Source: an uncultured virus (IMG/VR IMGVR_UViG_3300017783_000004) (Duplodnaviria; Heunggongvirae; Uroviricota; Caudoviricetes). Taken from it: 64,000 bases of DNA. Shown here in pieces: positions 35,578 through 45,678 of this stretch. The notes beneath the pieces were generated by a model, which searched no databases, was not told where the DNA came from, and worked only from the letters and a program-made list of their open reading frames with translations. A program made the translations under genes and the position numbers. The stretch lies in the IMG/VR virus record IMGVR_UViG_3300017783_000004; one strand, given 5' to 3'. Numbering within the stretch: position 1 is the first letter of the stretch; each line of letters opens with the position of its first letter.

Positions 35578-36641
35578 AGATAGTTATGTTCTTCAAGTGC
35601 TTCATTATACAACGAAGTCATTAATTCGAGAAGTGGTTTTTTCTGACCTTGTATCTCAAGACCGTCTACATACTTCTCTAATATTGTAAGAGTGTCTTCT
35701 ACACCCTCAATATCATCATCGTCCATTAAGTCCATATGTTTGTGGTCATCTACAACTACAACATGCAAAGGATTAGCAGAATGTAATTTATCGACCATCG
35801 AATCGAACCAGTATGGATTGTCTTTGTTTACTACGATAACTTTACAGAATTTACCTGTGTACTTTGAATAATCTTTATTACTGATTGTTTCAAATGTCTC
35901 TTTACTATCATCGTAAAATACTTTCTCGAACATCGTCAAAGGATTGTGTATTGGTTCCATCTCTCTAGTTTCAGTATCAAAGATATGGAAGTATTTGTTA
36001 TCTCCATAATCTGACCATGTGAATTCCATTTGAGAACCTAGATACTTGATGTTCTTAACTTCAGACTTTTGATGAAAGTGACCACTATAAACTTTATCAA
36101 ATCGTTTTAGATATGTGTGGTCTAGACCATGTTGACATGTCATGCCTGGCATCATCAATGCACCTTCAATTTCAAAGTGACCCATACATGTATCTGCATT
36201 TGCACTGAGTAGAAAATCTATACTATCGGCATAGTTCTCATTATTAATCCAAGGAACAAGTGCGAGATTAACTCCGTCAAATTCTTTTACAATGGGATGA
36301 TGTATGATATTAATCGAATCACTTTCGAATAGTAATAACTCTGGTGCATTTACTTCATTCGTATTCTTATAGTAGACATCATGATTACCCAATATCAAAT
36401 CCATAGAGATGCCTCTCTCTAACATTGGATTGATGAAGTGGTCTCTATTTGCTTTTAGAGAGGCGAAGTTTACAAACTTTCTTCTGTCGAAGTAATCGCC
36501 CAAGTGTAATATGTGTTTGATGTCGTGTTCATCTAAGTATGGGAAGAATACTTCCTCATAGAATCTGCCTTGATATTTGGACATCTCCAACATATCGCCA
36601 CGAACACCAGCATGTGTGTCGTTAAGAATCGCTATTTTCAT
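35574..36641 (-). CDS. gp47: Recombination endonuclease nuclease subunit (Mre11/SbcD-like)
   Basis: DTHAG, GDYFD, GNHD, GHFE, SGHFH. Confidence 0.97.
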   Translation of the reverse strand: MKIAILNDTHAGVRGDMLEMSKYQGRFYEEVFFPYLDEHDIKHILHLGDYFDRRKFVNFASLKANRDHFINPMLERGISMDLILGNHDVYYKNTNEVNAPELLLFESDSINIIHHPIVKEFDGVNLALVPWINNENYADSIDFLLSANADTCMGHFEIEGALMMPGMTCQHGLDHTYLKRFDKVYSGHFHQKSEVKNIKYLGSQMEFTWSDYGDNKYFHIFDTETREMEPIHNPLTMFEKVFYDDSKETFETISNKDYSKYTGKFCKVIVVNKDNPYWFDSMVDKLHSANPLHVVVVDDHKHMDLMDDDDIEGVEDTLTILEKYVDGLEIQGQKKPLLELMTSLYNEALEEHNYL

Positions 36642-37180
36642 TCAGTAAATTTATCCAGACCTTTTTCTTTCTTTGTTTTTTCTCTTTTGGTTTTTCGTGG
36701 TTGATACTCAACATGATTCATGTTGTCTTGCATCCACTCTACATTGGTATTGACCATTCCAGTTGTATCGCCGTCTATGGAATCCAGTGTTTCTTGTGTT
36801 ATGTCTGATATGACTTGTTGCTTAATGTAAACTTGTTTCTTTTCTTTCTGTATCCTTCTTAAGAAAGCGTAGTAGCAAATTTGCGTTATATAAGCAAAAG
36901 CATTGTTTGATTTTTCTACATTGAAGTTTTTGATATACTGTATGCAATTTTCTATGCCATCGCATATCATTTCATCTCTGTAGGTGTAGTTTATGAAATT
37001 TGGTCTAGTAGATAGTCGAGTAGCAATCTTATAGATACACTCTCCTATGTAGTTTGACATTTGTGGAGGGGTTCTACCCTCTTCTTCGGCGAGTTTTACA
37101 CTTGCGTTGAACTCGGCGACAGCTGCTGTGAACTCTTTGTTGTTGACATAGTGTTCTTGTTGTTTTGCGTTTTTTGCCAT
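36638..37180 (-). CDS. gp55: Late-transcription sigma factor
   Basis: HYVNNKEF, RPNFINYTYRDEMICDGIENC, AFAYITQICYYAFLRRIQKEK. Confidence 0.97.
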   Translation of the reverse strand: MAKNAKQQEHYVNNKEFTAAVAEFNASVKLAEEEGRTPPQMSNYIGECIYKIATRLSTRPNFINYTYRDEMICDGIENCIQYIKNFNVEKSNNAFAYITQICYYAFLRRIQKEKKQVYIKQQVISDITQETLDSIDGDTTGMVNTNVEWMQDNMNHVEYQPRKTKREKTKKEKGLDKFTE

Positions 37181-37295
37181 GATGTACTTATTATACTAGG
37201 TTAGTTGTTGTAAGGATAGTGGTTTTTTAAGTTAATTAATTTTAAATTAATTTCAAAACCCCCTTGTGGGAATCAGGAATAGTATGTTAAGATAA

Positions 37296-37472
37296 CTATG
37301 TCGCCAGGGTCAGGATCCATATAAGAAGTAATCCTGGTATAACAGTAAAGATACTCCCTACCAATATTGCAATTATCAATACATTTAGATAGGTTACAGC
37401 AAACTCGTCTTCCTCTTTTCCTAATCCTAGTAAAAGTTTAAGAGTCGTTCTAAAATACGATACTATTGACAT
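37296..37472 (-). CDS. Small membrane protein (58 aa, DUF2970-like pattern, not in ORF track)
   Basis: MSIVSYFRTTLKLLLGLGKEEDEF followed by a long hydrophobic helix. Confidence 0.55.
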   Translation of the reverse strand: MSIVSYFRTTLKLLLGLGKEEDEFAVTYLNVLIIAILVGSIFTVIPGLLLIWILTLAT

Positions 37473-37656
37473 AAAACATAACTAACATCATTCCAAATAC
37501 GACTATCTGTATGACAGCGGGTATGACTACGAAAAGTTTCATAGCATCAAAATCCCCTTTCATAAAGAAATCATCTTCGTGCCACTTCTGAACTTCTTCA
37601 GGAGTTGCATCTCTATTTTTATTTAGTGCGAGTGGAAGTTGGTGTTGATAACTCAT
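37450..37656 (-). CDS. Small membrane protein
   Basis: 68 aa with C-terminal TM helix. Confidence 0.65.
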   Translation of the reverse strand: MSYQHQLPLALNKNRDATPEEVQKWHEDDFFMKGDFDAMKLFVVIPAVIQIVVFGMMLVMFYVNSIVF

Positions 37657-37751
37657 TGTGGTACTAGTGATACGATTGATATAATAAAGACGAACAGAAG
37701 TGTTGCCACCTCTGTTGCGTCCTTAAGTTTTTCTGTGGTTCTCTTTGACAT
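37653..37751 (-). CDS. Small membrane peptide (32 aa, not in ORF track)
   Basis: MSKRTTEKLKDATEVATLLFVFIISIVSLVPQ; ATGA coupling to the next gene. Confidence 0.5.
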   Translation of the reverse strand: MSKRTTEKLKDATEVATLLFVFIISIVSLVPQ

Positions 37752-37753
37752 TC

Positions 37754-37915
37754 TTACACGATGCCTTTCGACATGAATATAATAATCCAAGGTAATAAAA
37801 CAGGAAGAGTCAATAGTGTCATAAACTCAATTGCTTCTATGATGCTGGGTAGCACTTCTTTCAGGTCTTCGAATCGTCCCACCATGCTCTTCGCAATTCT
37901 AATTGCAGTTGACAT
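37754..37915 (-). CDS. Small membrane protein (53 aa, not in ORF track)
   Basis: GGAGA SD; MSTAIRIAKS...FMTLLTLPVLLPWIIIFM. Confidence 0.55.
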   Translation of the reverse strand: MSTAIRIAKSMVGRFEDLKEVLPSIIEAIEFMTLLTLPVLLPWIIIFMSKGIV

Positions 37916-38000
37916 GGTTTCTCCAGTTTAATAATATTAATAATAATGATAAATGCATATAACTACTCGTTATACGCACTTATTTAGTTAAATTGAAAAC

Positions 38001-38468
38001 CTAATGAATTGTTTTTTCGATATCGAAGTCTTCATCGAAATCTTCAAGTTCTTCTTCAAAGGCAATGTCTTCTCTATATGAAGTCATCATCTCTTGCATC
38101 TTTCTTTGTAGGTTATCTCTTACTTTATTCTCTTCTGCTGTTGCAAGTGGCACACTCTGATTTTCAATCATATCAAACCATCTTGCCGATGCATTATCAT
38201 AATAGGGAATAAATTGTGGGTTCATAGTATTTCTATGAACAACCTCAGTCTTAGGTAATTGTACTCTCTCATCTGAACTCAAGGGTGAGTATGGATAGAA
38301 AACTGCATTTGTTTTTGCAATTCCTGGTATGAGAGATAATTGACATATCATGGGTAAAGTTATTTCTAAGTAATCACCACAATCCTTTGTCATACCGACA
38401 AGTTCTGTACTGTCTTTGAGTCTTATAACTTCGTATCTACTTGGTGTTAAATCTGTTGGTCTTGTCAT
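38001..38468 (-). CDS. Conserved hypothetical protein downstream of uvsW
   Basis: VIRLKDSTELVG beta-barrel start and acidic tail ending KTIH; conserved position. Confidence 0.7.
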   Translation of the reverse strand: MTRPTDLTPSRYEVIRLKDSTELVGMTKDCGDYLEITLPMICQLSLIPGIAKTNAVFYPYSPLSSDERVQLPKTEVVHRNTMNPQFIPYYDNASARWFDMIENQSVPLATAEENKVRDNLQRKMQEMMTSYREDIAFEEELEDFDEDFDIEKTIH

Positions 38469-39895
38469 TTAAGGTCAAATTGTTTTAGTTCGTAAGAAAA
38501 GTTCTCCTCATTGTATATATTTATCCTTTCCTTAAGGTGGTTTAGCGTATGATTTTCACATTGTAAATCATCTGCAATATCAAATAACCTCATCTCAGTC
38601 TTACCTTCTGCCTTACGAAGACCACGACCAATAGACTGTAAGTTTCTTATTCTTGATTTTGACGGTGATGCGAATACTACATTATCTATCTTCTTAATGT
38701 TTACGCCTGTTGAGAATGTTCCGTATGACGCCAGTATGACATTATCACTTGCCTTTTCTACGACTTCTCTTACATTCTCTCTATCTTCTACATCTGTACC
38801 ACCGAATACATAATGTAGTTTATCTCCTAATCTATCAAACATTTTTTTATGTAGTAAGACTCCATGTTTCTCTACATACTGAAACAACACTAAAGTATTA
38901 CCTTTCAGTGAATATACTAGATTACATATAAATTCATTTCTATTTTCATGCGATACTAAGTAGTCCATCTCATCTTGATAGGACATTTTCTTTTGTTTAG
39001 TATGACGGAGTATGACACAATCAATATTCAAATTTGCAATTGTGCCTTCTTCCATGAGTTGGTATGACGATACTACTTTCTTTACAGGACCAAATAGTCC
39101 TTCTAGTTGTAATCTATGTACTTCTGTTCCGTCTAGTGTACCTGTTAGACCTATTCTGATTGCAGTAGTTTTCATCTTCTCTAAGATGCCTTTGAGTGTT
39201 TGTGCCTTGAATAGATGTGCCTCATCTCCGATAACCATATCGAATGATTGCATTACTTCTTTAGGTGCCTTGGCGAAACTCTGCCATGTTGTGACTGTAA
39301 TTGGTGCATCGAATACTTCTTGACCACTATATATTTTGCATACTCTTTCTTTATATCCATATTCTTCAAAGTCTTTCGCCATTTGTTCTACGAGTGATGT
39401 AGTGGGTACAATTATGATTGTTTTCTTATCATAGTATCTTGCCAACATATAGATGATTAGAGACTTGCCAGACGCCGTAGGAGACAAAAGAAGTTGTCTA
39501 CCATACTGTATTGCAGTTTTAAATGCTTCGAGTTGGTAATCTCTAGGATTAAAGGGTAAGTCAAGGAGGTCAATCCATTCGTTTATCTTATTCGACTCAT
39601 CTCTTTCTTTTACTCCTATTACATCTTCTATGCCTTCGAAGTCGAATCCTCTTTCTCTACAAAACTCGTCAATGTAGGGTAGTAGACCTATGTATATCTT
39701 CTGAGTTTTTAGAGAGAAAAGTCTTACTTTACCATCCCACCATTTGTTTTTGTATGACGGCATGAACTTGGCGCCAGGTACAGTAAATGAAAAGAAATCG
39801 TATAAGTCTCTTGCTAGACCTTTATCACAATTTACTTTGAGAAAACATTCATCTACTTTAGAAACAGTGACTAGATTAGACATAAGGATTGCCAT
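38465..39895 (-). CDS. uvsW: SF2 DNA helicase
   Basis: SPTASGKS, DEAH, GLTGT, QSIGRGLR. Confidence 0.97.
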   Translation of the reverse strand: MAILMSNLVTVSKVDECFLKVNCDKGLARDLYDFFSFTVPGAKFMPSYKNKWWDGKVRLFSLKTQKIYIGLLPYIDEFCRERGFDFEGIEDVIGVKERDESNKINEWIDLLDLPFNPRDYQLEAFKTAIQYGRQLLLSPTASGKSLIIYMLARYYDKKTIIIVPTTSLVEQMAKDFEEYGYKERVCKIYSGQEVFDAPITVTTWQSFAKAPKEVMQSFDMVIGDEAHLFKAQTLKGILEKMKTTAIRIGLTGTLDGTEVHRLQLEGLFGPVKKVVSSYQLMEEGTIANLNIDCVILRHTKQKKMSYQDEMDYLVSHENRNEFICNLVYSLKGNTLVLFQYVEKHGVLLHKKMFDRLGDKLHYVFGGTDVEDRENVREVVEKASDNVILASYGTFSTGVNIKKIDNVVFASPSKSRIRNLQSIGRGLRKAEGKTEMRLFDIADDLQCENHTLNHLKERINIYNEENFSYELKQFDLK

Positions 39896-40565
39896 GAAAC
39901 CAACTGACTAAAGATATTCTAGTACCTCTGGTAACTGGTGTGACTTGATGATGCACAAAAGAAGGAAATACAATTAGACTTCCTCTTTCTTTACCACTAA
40001 AGGGTACTGTTTTAATATAATCGTCTACTGATACACTCTGAAGATTTTCATTATTTCTTAACAAATCAAACATGCCCTTTGGTTCTATCCATTGAAAGTT
40101 TCCACCTTCATAATCATCCGGACTAGATAATTGAATTGTAGAACTTAACTTTCTATAACGACCACCATGAGATTGTTCTGAATCTCCTGAATCTGTATGC
40201 CATGTATAGAAGTCTCCTTGTACTCGTGCTTCTGGTCTATGCCTATATGTTGTGTATTGATGATGTTCTACATAATCCCATTGATGCAACCAATCTGCAT
40301 CTACTGATGCCATGTTAATGCCATCTTCAATTTTTTTGGCAAGGTCTTCTGGAAACTCTTCGTGTATTAACCATCTGATATCTGATTGTCTGATACTATC
40401 ATCAATCGTGCCTTGTTCTTGTACATCTGGCGCATCTAAATCGTCTGTTCTTTGACCTACACCGCCAATGACTTCTTCATATCTATTTGCAAATTGAACT
40501 ATTCTATCGCACTCATGTTCAGTGAAATAACTAGGATATATCATTGCATAGTTTCTTAGATTCAT
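39876..40565 (-). CDS. 2OG-Fe(II) oxygenase
   Basis: WHTD, RKLSSTIQLS, YEGG, FPSFVHHQVTPVTRGTRISLVSW. Confidence 0.9.
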   Translation of the reverse strand: MNLRNYAMIYPSYFTEHECDRIVQFANRYEEVIGGVGQRTDDLDAPDVQEQGTIDDSIRQSDIRWLIHEEFPEDLAKKIEDGINMASVDADWLHQWDYVEHHQYTTYRHRPEARVQGDFYTWHTDSGDSEQSHGGRYRKLSSTIQLSSPDDYEGGNFQWIEPKGMFDLLRNNENLQSVSVDDYIKTVPFSGKERGSLIVFPSFVHHQVTPVTRGTRISLVSWFHGNPYV

Positions 40566-41008
40566 TATTGACCTGCCATAAATTTACGCCACTCGATTGT
40601 ATTCTTAATAGTTTGATGTCTCCAAGTGATATTATCCATGCATCTTTTTATAAAGTCTACAGTCACTTCTAAGTAATCAATCTTTGCCTTAAGTTTAACT
40701 AAATCTTCATCAGCGTTAAAAAAGTAATTGAAATCGTTCTTCATTATTTTAAGACCATCGAATGGGTCTGTTTGCCAACCAAGTTCTTGTATCTTATCAT
40801 CGTCAAGTTTTCCATTGAACCACATCCACTTATACTTAAGTAGTTGATTGTAGTCTTGGTTGTATTTCTTTAACAGTAAGATTTTACTTGTTAATAAGTC
40901 GGAATACTTTGCGTGTAGTTTGGGAACATGTAAAGATGCTGTATCTAATTCGATATCATCTATCTCACAATCCTTCACCCATTGTTCTTTCAATTGTTCT
41001 AAATTCAT
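40565..41008 (-). CDS. uvsY: Recombination mediator
   Basis: PKLHAKY, ADEDL, IKNTIEWRKF. Confidence 0.93.
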   Translation of the reverse strand: MNLEQLKEQWVKDCEIDDIELDTASLHVPKLHAKYSDLLTSKILLLKKYNQDYNQLLKYKWMWFNGKLDDDKIQELGWQTDPFDGLKIMKNDFNYFFNADEDLVKLKAKIDYLEVTVDFIKRCMDNITWRHQTIKNTIEWRKFMAGQ

Positions 41009-41039
41009 AATATACCATTATACACCATATGGTGTAAAA

Positions 41040-41585
41040 TTACGAGGTGGTTTTAATTTCGTAATACGAGAATCTAAACGATACAGATACTATTGCCGGT
41101 TCGGCATCTGCACCAGATTCTAATTCAATTGACCCCAATGATACAGGAAATGCATCATGGAATCTTATGTACCTGTTGGGTACATTTTTGTTTGTGTTTA
41201 TCACTAATGTGATATCTGAGTATTGATTTCTATCATTGTCGATAGATGCAAGTATGTTAGTTCTATTCACAGCAGTATCAGTGTATGTGCCATACAATGC
41301 TGGGTCATTCAAAGGAACTATAGAGTCTATCCAATTGTATATCTCTGAGAAGTTCTCTAAGTCTTCGTCAACAATGAATGATACTTCTAATGTATCAAAT
41401 GATGCCTTATCTCCTGGAAAGAAAGCATCTAGACCAACACCTGCTGATTGAACAGTTTCGCCAAATTGAACACCTGGTATGTTTACTGTTCTAACATAAT
41501 ACTCTACAGTAGGAACTTTATCTATGAGTAGTCTAAAGTTATTTCTGTTTAGTATTGACTTGTTTATATCTGTTTTTATACCCAT
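41040..41585 (-). CDS. gp3: Tail tube terminator / completion protein
   Basis: VNIPG, FIVDEDLENF, FPVSLG, FRFSYY; position after gp23. Confidence 0.88.
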   Translation of the reverse strand: MGIKTDINKSILNRNNFRLLIDKVPTVEYYVRTVNIPGVQFGETVQSAGVGLDAFFPGDKASFDTLEVSFIVDEDLENFSEIYNWIDSIVPLNDPALYGTYTDTAVNRTNILASIDNDRNQYSDITLVINTNKNVPNRYIRFHDAFPVSLGSIELESGADAEPAIVSVSFRFSYYEIKTTS

Positions 41586-41600
41586 AATACTATTTATGCG

Positions 41601-41620
41601 AAAAGGGGACCGAAGTCCCC
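41601..41620 (-). terminator. Intrinsic terminator with cUUCGg tetraloop
   Basis: GGGGAC-TTCG-GTCCCC-TTTT. Confidence 0.85.
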
Positions 41621-41626
41621 AAAAGT

Positions 41627-41845
41627 TTACTTCTCGTTTACAAACTCATTCAATTCACTTGCAACAGAAATTATCTCCTGTGCATCGATTGATTTTGTTG
41701 GTAAAGGTTTCTTATCATCTGGATGATTATCGTTGTGCGAGTAAACCGCATCAATCTTCCTTTGTAAGTTTTCGATTAGTATGGATTGCGCCATACTTAG
41801 TAAATCGGCTCTTATTTCATAACCGCTCTTTCCTTGATTTGCCAT
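41627..41845 (-). CDS. Conserved hypothetical protein
   Basis: GYEIRADLLSMAQ...ASELNEFV; GGAGG SD; own late box. Confidence 0.75.
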   Translation of the reverse strand: MANQGKSGYEIRADLLSMAQSILIENLQRKIDAVYSHNDNHPDDKKPLPTKSIDAQEIISVASELNEFVNEK

Positions 41846-41908
41846 ATTTTCCTCCGTGTGTGTGTGTTTATGACTGTATCTTTATGATACAATAGTATTT
41901 AGTGCGCT

Positions 41909-41937
41909 AAAAAAAAGGGTCTCGAAAGACCCTTTTT
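41909..41937 (-). terminator. Intrinsic terminator after gp23
   Basis: AAAGGGTC-TTTCGA-GACCCTTT followed by a long T tract. Confidence 0.9.
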
Positions 41938-41965
41938 AATTCGATTAAAATCGAAACTACTAAGT

Positions 41966-43279
41966 TTACAGGATATTTGAAACTGCAATCTTTCTGTAGT
42001 ATTGGTTTACACCAGCAGTACTTGACAAAGCGTCTGAAGGAGTAGCACCTACGAATGGATTTGCAACCATACCGTATCGTGTTTTGAAACCAATTTTCGG
42101 TTGGAATGTGTTCTCGCCAACTGCACGAACCATTTGTAATGGAACATACGGACAATAGAACATACCAGCGTCATAAGGGTTACTTCCTCTATAACCTACT
42201 GTCATGTAGTCTGACCCAGCATATGGGTCGATGTATACTTTAACTCTTCCGTTTAGAAGACCAGCAAATGTATTGCCAGTATCGTCAACATTTAAAGAAG
42301 TTGAAAGTGCTGGAGCGTAATCTAATACGCCTGCCATTGAAAGAGCAGATGCAACATCACTAGAACATAGAATAAAGTTACCTTTACCTCTTCTTGTTTC
42401 TTTTGCAATCTTGTTTGATTCTCTTTCGATTTGGAATAATAAACCTTTGAACTTTTCAACTGACCATCTTCCGTTAGCGTCAACATCTAAGTTGAATGTA
42501 CCAGCAGATGCAGTGCCTTCAGCACCAGTTTTTGCTTGTACATTTACACTTCTTACTACTTCCCTGTTGATTTCAGCAAGGATTTCAGAAGATAAGATGT
42601 TTGCTAACTCAGACTCAGCGTCAAGACCGTGGATAGCTTTTAAGTCTTGTGCAAGTTCTAGAGTGTATTCTGCTTTTAATGCTCTGGATACAGCTGTCAC
42701 TGTTGATTTCTCAATTGTGAAAGACATTTCAGCGAATTCATTTGTAGTTGCATCGCCTAATGCTTCAGCTTTATCTGTGCCCATACCAGTTGGAGTTGCA
42801 TTTTTATATGCATTTGAACCGGCAAATGGATCGCCCTCTCTAGCACTGTATAATCCAGACTCACCGTCAACTCTTCCATGGTCGTGTGAAGCATCTTGTA
42901 CTTCGTTTACGCCCATAGCTTCTGTTGATTGAAGTCTAGTAGCACCTGTAGGGTAATCTTGATATCTTGCTTTCATAGCGAAGATAAGTCCTGTAGGACC
43001 AGTCATCGGTTGAACACCGCAAATGTCGTAAGCAACGAGATTTGGCATAGCTCTACGCACTAAACTAATTAGGATTGGATCCCAGTTAGATATGGCAGAA
43101 CCAGTAGCATTTAAAGGTGCAGCTTCTGAAAGAGTAGCTCTATCTTCGTTTAGGGCTTTCTCTTGGTTTTCAAGAATTACTGCTGTGACTGCTCTTTTGT
43201 AGTTGTCTTCGATTTTTGGCAAATCGGAGTGCTCTAGAATAGGGCTCCACTTTTCTTGTAAGTTTTCTGATAAAAACAT
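41966..43279 (-). CDS. gp23: Major capsid protein
   Basis: LVRRAMPNLVAYDICGVQPMTGPTGLIFAM, SRALKAEYTLELAQDLKAIHGLDAE, FQPKIGFKTRYG. Confidence 0.99.
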   Translation of the reverse strand: MFLSENLQEKWSPILEHSDLPKIEDNYKRAVTAVILENQEKALNEDRATLSEAAPLNATGSAISNWDPILISLVRRAMPNLVAYDICGVQPMTGPTGLIFAMKARYQDYPTGATRLQSTEAMGVNEVQDASHDHGRVDGESGLYSAREGDPFAGSNAYKNATPTGMGTDKAEALGDATTNEFAEMSFTIEKSTVTAVSRALKAEYTLELAQDLKAIHGLDAESELANILSSEILAEINREVVRSVNVQAKTGAEGTASAGTFNLDVDANGRWSVEKFKGLLFQIERESNKIAKETRRGKGNFILCSSDVASALSMAGVLDYAPALSTSLNVDDTGNTFAGLLNGRVKVYIDPYAGSDYMTVGYRGSNPYDAGMFYCPYVPLQMVRAVGENTFQPKIGFKTRYGMVANPFVGATPSDALSSTAGVNQYYRKIAVSNIL

Positions 43280-43307
43280 TTTTATTTCCTTTAAATAACC
43301 TTAGGGT

Positions 43308-44687
43308 TTATCCCAAAGGTTTAAGTTTACTAATAGCAGAAGCGTACTGATTCATTGCAGGGTCAAGTCTGACTTCATTCTCTTCTGAGAAATCACCAGT
43401 TCCTTCTTCTACTACAGTTTCTTCTGCGATGTTTTCTTCTTTTGGAAAGTAAGCGTTCTTTAGTTCTTCAACTTTATCACTAAAGTCTTCAGCACTAACG
43501 AAATCTACACCTTCTGCAAGAGAAACCATCTTCTCTGTTTGTGATTCAGATAGGTCTTTACAGGCCTCTGAAATCACGGTGCCTCTTTTGAGTTGGTCGT
43601 TCTCTGCAACAACTTCCATATTTTTAGATACTTCGTTGTCTAGTTTCTCTTCCATCTCATCAAGACGATTTGCGAGTTCATCAATAACATTGTACTTATC
43701 TTCAGGCACTTCAACATAATGTTCTACGAACAATGCTTTCATACCTTCGATGAAGTTTTCTGTCATTTCTGACCTCAAACCTCTCTCAATTGCAAGTTCG
43801 TTTTCTTTCGTCCACTCTTCTGCACAATACGATAGATACTTATCAACTGCTTCTGTTAGGTCGCCTTTGACAGTTTCTACTGAGGTTTTTAAATTTTCTG
43901 AATAAGTTGTTTCTAACTCTTCTTTTATTTCTGCAACTTTTGAAGTGACAGCAGCCTTAAAGATAGTTCTTGCCTTTTCAGAATTTTCTTCTGATAAGTC
44001 TAGAGCTTCTGAAATTTTTGATAGGTCGTCCTCTATCTCCATTTCAACGAGGTCTGAATCAATTTCTGAGGATTCTTTTACTTCTTCCTCATCATCTTCA
44101 TCTTCATCATCTTTTTCGTCTTCTTTCTCTTCTTTAGTCTTAGCTTCAATAATTGAATTGTAAGTTTCTTCGACTGTTTCTTCGTCTGAACTCTTTAAGA
44201 ATTCTACGATGTTTCTCGCAATCTCTGCTTTAGTCAAGGATTCGTCAACCTTCTTTGAGTCTTCGTCTTCATCTTCATCGTCAACTTTCTTCATTTCTGA
44301 ATACATTGCTGATAAATCTGATTTACTCATATCCTTCATAGCGTTGACCATAGCCTTGATAGTTTGCATCTTAGAAGGTTTCTCTGATTCGGAAACTTCT
44401 TCTTCTTTAACATTCTTCAACTTAGGTTGCTTCTCGGCAGGAGATTCGCCTTTCTGTTGTGGATCACCACTAACTTCTTTGGTTCCTTTCTCTGCGCTCT
44501 TAACTGATGCAACTGCTTTGTCAACAGGATTTTCTTCTGGTTTGACGACTTCAGCCTTACCACCATCTATTTTGGCGGCATCGGATGAACCTTGCTTAAC
44601 AGGTTTTGAGTCACCTTTTTCGGCTTTCGAATTCGGCTGCATAGCCTCTGCGATTGCCTGTTCTAGGTTTTTTTCTAAATCTGCCAT
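43308..44687 (-). CDS. gp22: Prohead core scaffold protein
   Basis: Acidic coiled coil, VDKYLSYCAEEW, LAIERGLRSE, LFVEHYVEVPE. Confidence 0.92.
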   Translation of the reverse strand: MADLEKNLEQAIAEAMQPNSKAEKGDSKPVKQGSSDAAKIDGGKAEVVKPEENPVDKAVASVKSAEKGTKEVSGDPQQKGESPAEKQPKLKNVKEEEVSESEKPSKMQTIKAMVNAMKDMSKSDLSAMYSEMKKVDDEDEDEDSKKVDESLTKAEIARNIVEFLKSSDEETVEETYNSIIEAKTKEEKEDEKDDEDEDDEEEVKESSEIDSDLVEMEIEDDLSKISEALDLSEENSEKARTIFKAAVTSKVAEIKEELETTYSENLKTSVETVKGDLTEAVDKYLSYCAEEWTKENELAIERGLRSEMTENFIEGMKALFVEHYVEVPEDKYNVIDELANRLDEMEEKLDNEVSKNMEVVAENDQLKRGTVISEACKDLSESQTEKMVSLAEGVDFVSAEDFSDKVEELKNAYFPKEENIAEETVVEEGTGDFSEENEVRLDPAMNQYASAISKLKPLG

Positions 44688-44732
44688 TTTTTTCTCCTGT
44701 TTGAGTTTTAGCTTAACTCTTTTATTTATATA

Positions 44733-45386
44733 TTATAGGTTCTCTACGAACTTTTTCCACATGTTTAATTTGGTTTCTTCAAGTTTATTCATCTTTGCAG
44801 TCCTTAATTTGTTCTGCATAACTTCGATGTCTTGTGCTTTCAGTACACCAGATTCATAGACCCATTCTACACCTTCCATGATTCCTTCAACGAAGGCTTC
44901 TGGTGCGGAGGGGTCTGCAACGATATCAGCTGCGGTTGCAAGTTGAAAATCGCCTTTAACATATTGGGCACCACCTCTTTGTTCGAGCGAACCCAAACCT
45001 CTTGATGATACGCCAAGTTTTGCACCATCATTAATCAAATTTCTTACGATTTGACCGTTTGGGGTGCTTAAAATTTTTGCTCTTCCCATGAAATTAGAAC
45101 CATCTTCTTCTAATTTTGTTATCATGTGAGATACTTTGTCTAAATTGATTGTTGGTCCGTCAGGATGTCCTAACTCACCAAATGCTCGTCCTTTCTCAAC
45201 GAACTCTTTACAGTAGCGGTCTACTTCTTTTTTCATTACTTCTTTAGGATAAACTCTGCCGTTTCTGTTTTTAATGTCGGCCTGCATGAATACACCTTCG
45301 ATGAAGTAATCTTTCTCGCCCTTTTCGTTTTCTTCTACGATTACTGGTTCAATTGCGTAATCAACAAATTCAGATATTAGTTTCAT
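44733..45386 (-). CDS. gp21: Prohead protease
   Basis: NRNGRVYP, GELGHP, GVSSRGLGS, DIVADPSAP. Confidence 0.97.
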   Translation of the reverse strand: MKLISEFVDYAIEPVIVEENEKGEKDYFIEGVFMQADIKNRNGRVYPKEVMKKEVDRYCKEFVEKGRAFGELGHPDGPTINLDKVSHMITKLEEDGSNFMGRAKILSTPNGQIVRNLINDGAKLGVSSRGLGSLEQRGGAQYVKGDFQLATAADIVADPSAPEAFVEGIMEGVEWVYESGVLKAQDIEVMQNKLRTAKMNKLEETKLNMWKKFVENL

Positions 45387-45678
45387 TTATAACTCCTAAA
45401 ATTTCTTCTAATGAGATGTCTTCTTCATTCATTTGTTTCATTACCATTTTAATATTCTTCATCTCTTTTTCAGCTTCTTTCATGTTTCTGTATGGGTCTC
45501 CCATTGAGACTGTATTAACATAAACATGAATCTTGCCTCGTTTATCTTCGCCGAATCTTATGTCCAGTGTTTTACTGCCTACTTTTTCAGTAGACTTCTT
45601 AACTTCTTTCTGTCCTGACGGAAGTTTAAACTTCGCCTCATTAAGAATCGTTGTTATCTGGTCCCAAGTTTTCGCCAT
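45370..45678 (-). CDS. Hypothetical prohead core-region protein
   Basis: Located between gp20 and gp21 (gp68 position). Confidence 0.6.
   Translation of the reverse strand: MAKTWDQITTILNEAKFKLPSGQKEVKKSTEKVGSKTLDIRFGEDKRGKIHVYVNTVSMGDPYRNMKEAEKEMKNIKMVMKQMNEEDISLEEILGVINETNI

Noticed and set aside
44209..44859. 216-aa plus-strand ORF and other plus-strand ORFs (e.g. 42411-42932, 63615-63947, 21473-21805)
   Set aside because: Antisense shadows of well-supported minus-strand genes, with Ser/Phe-rich composition and no SD or motifs.
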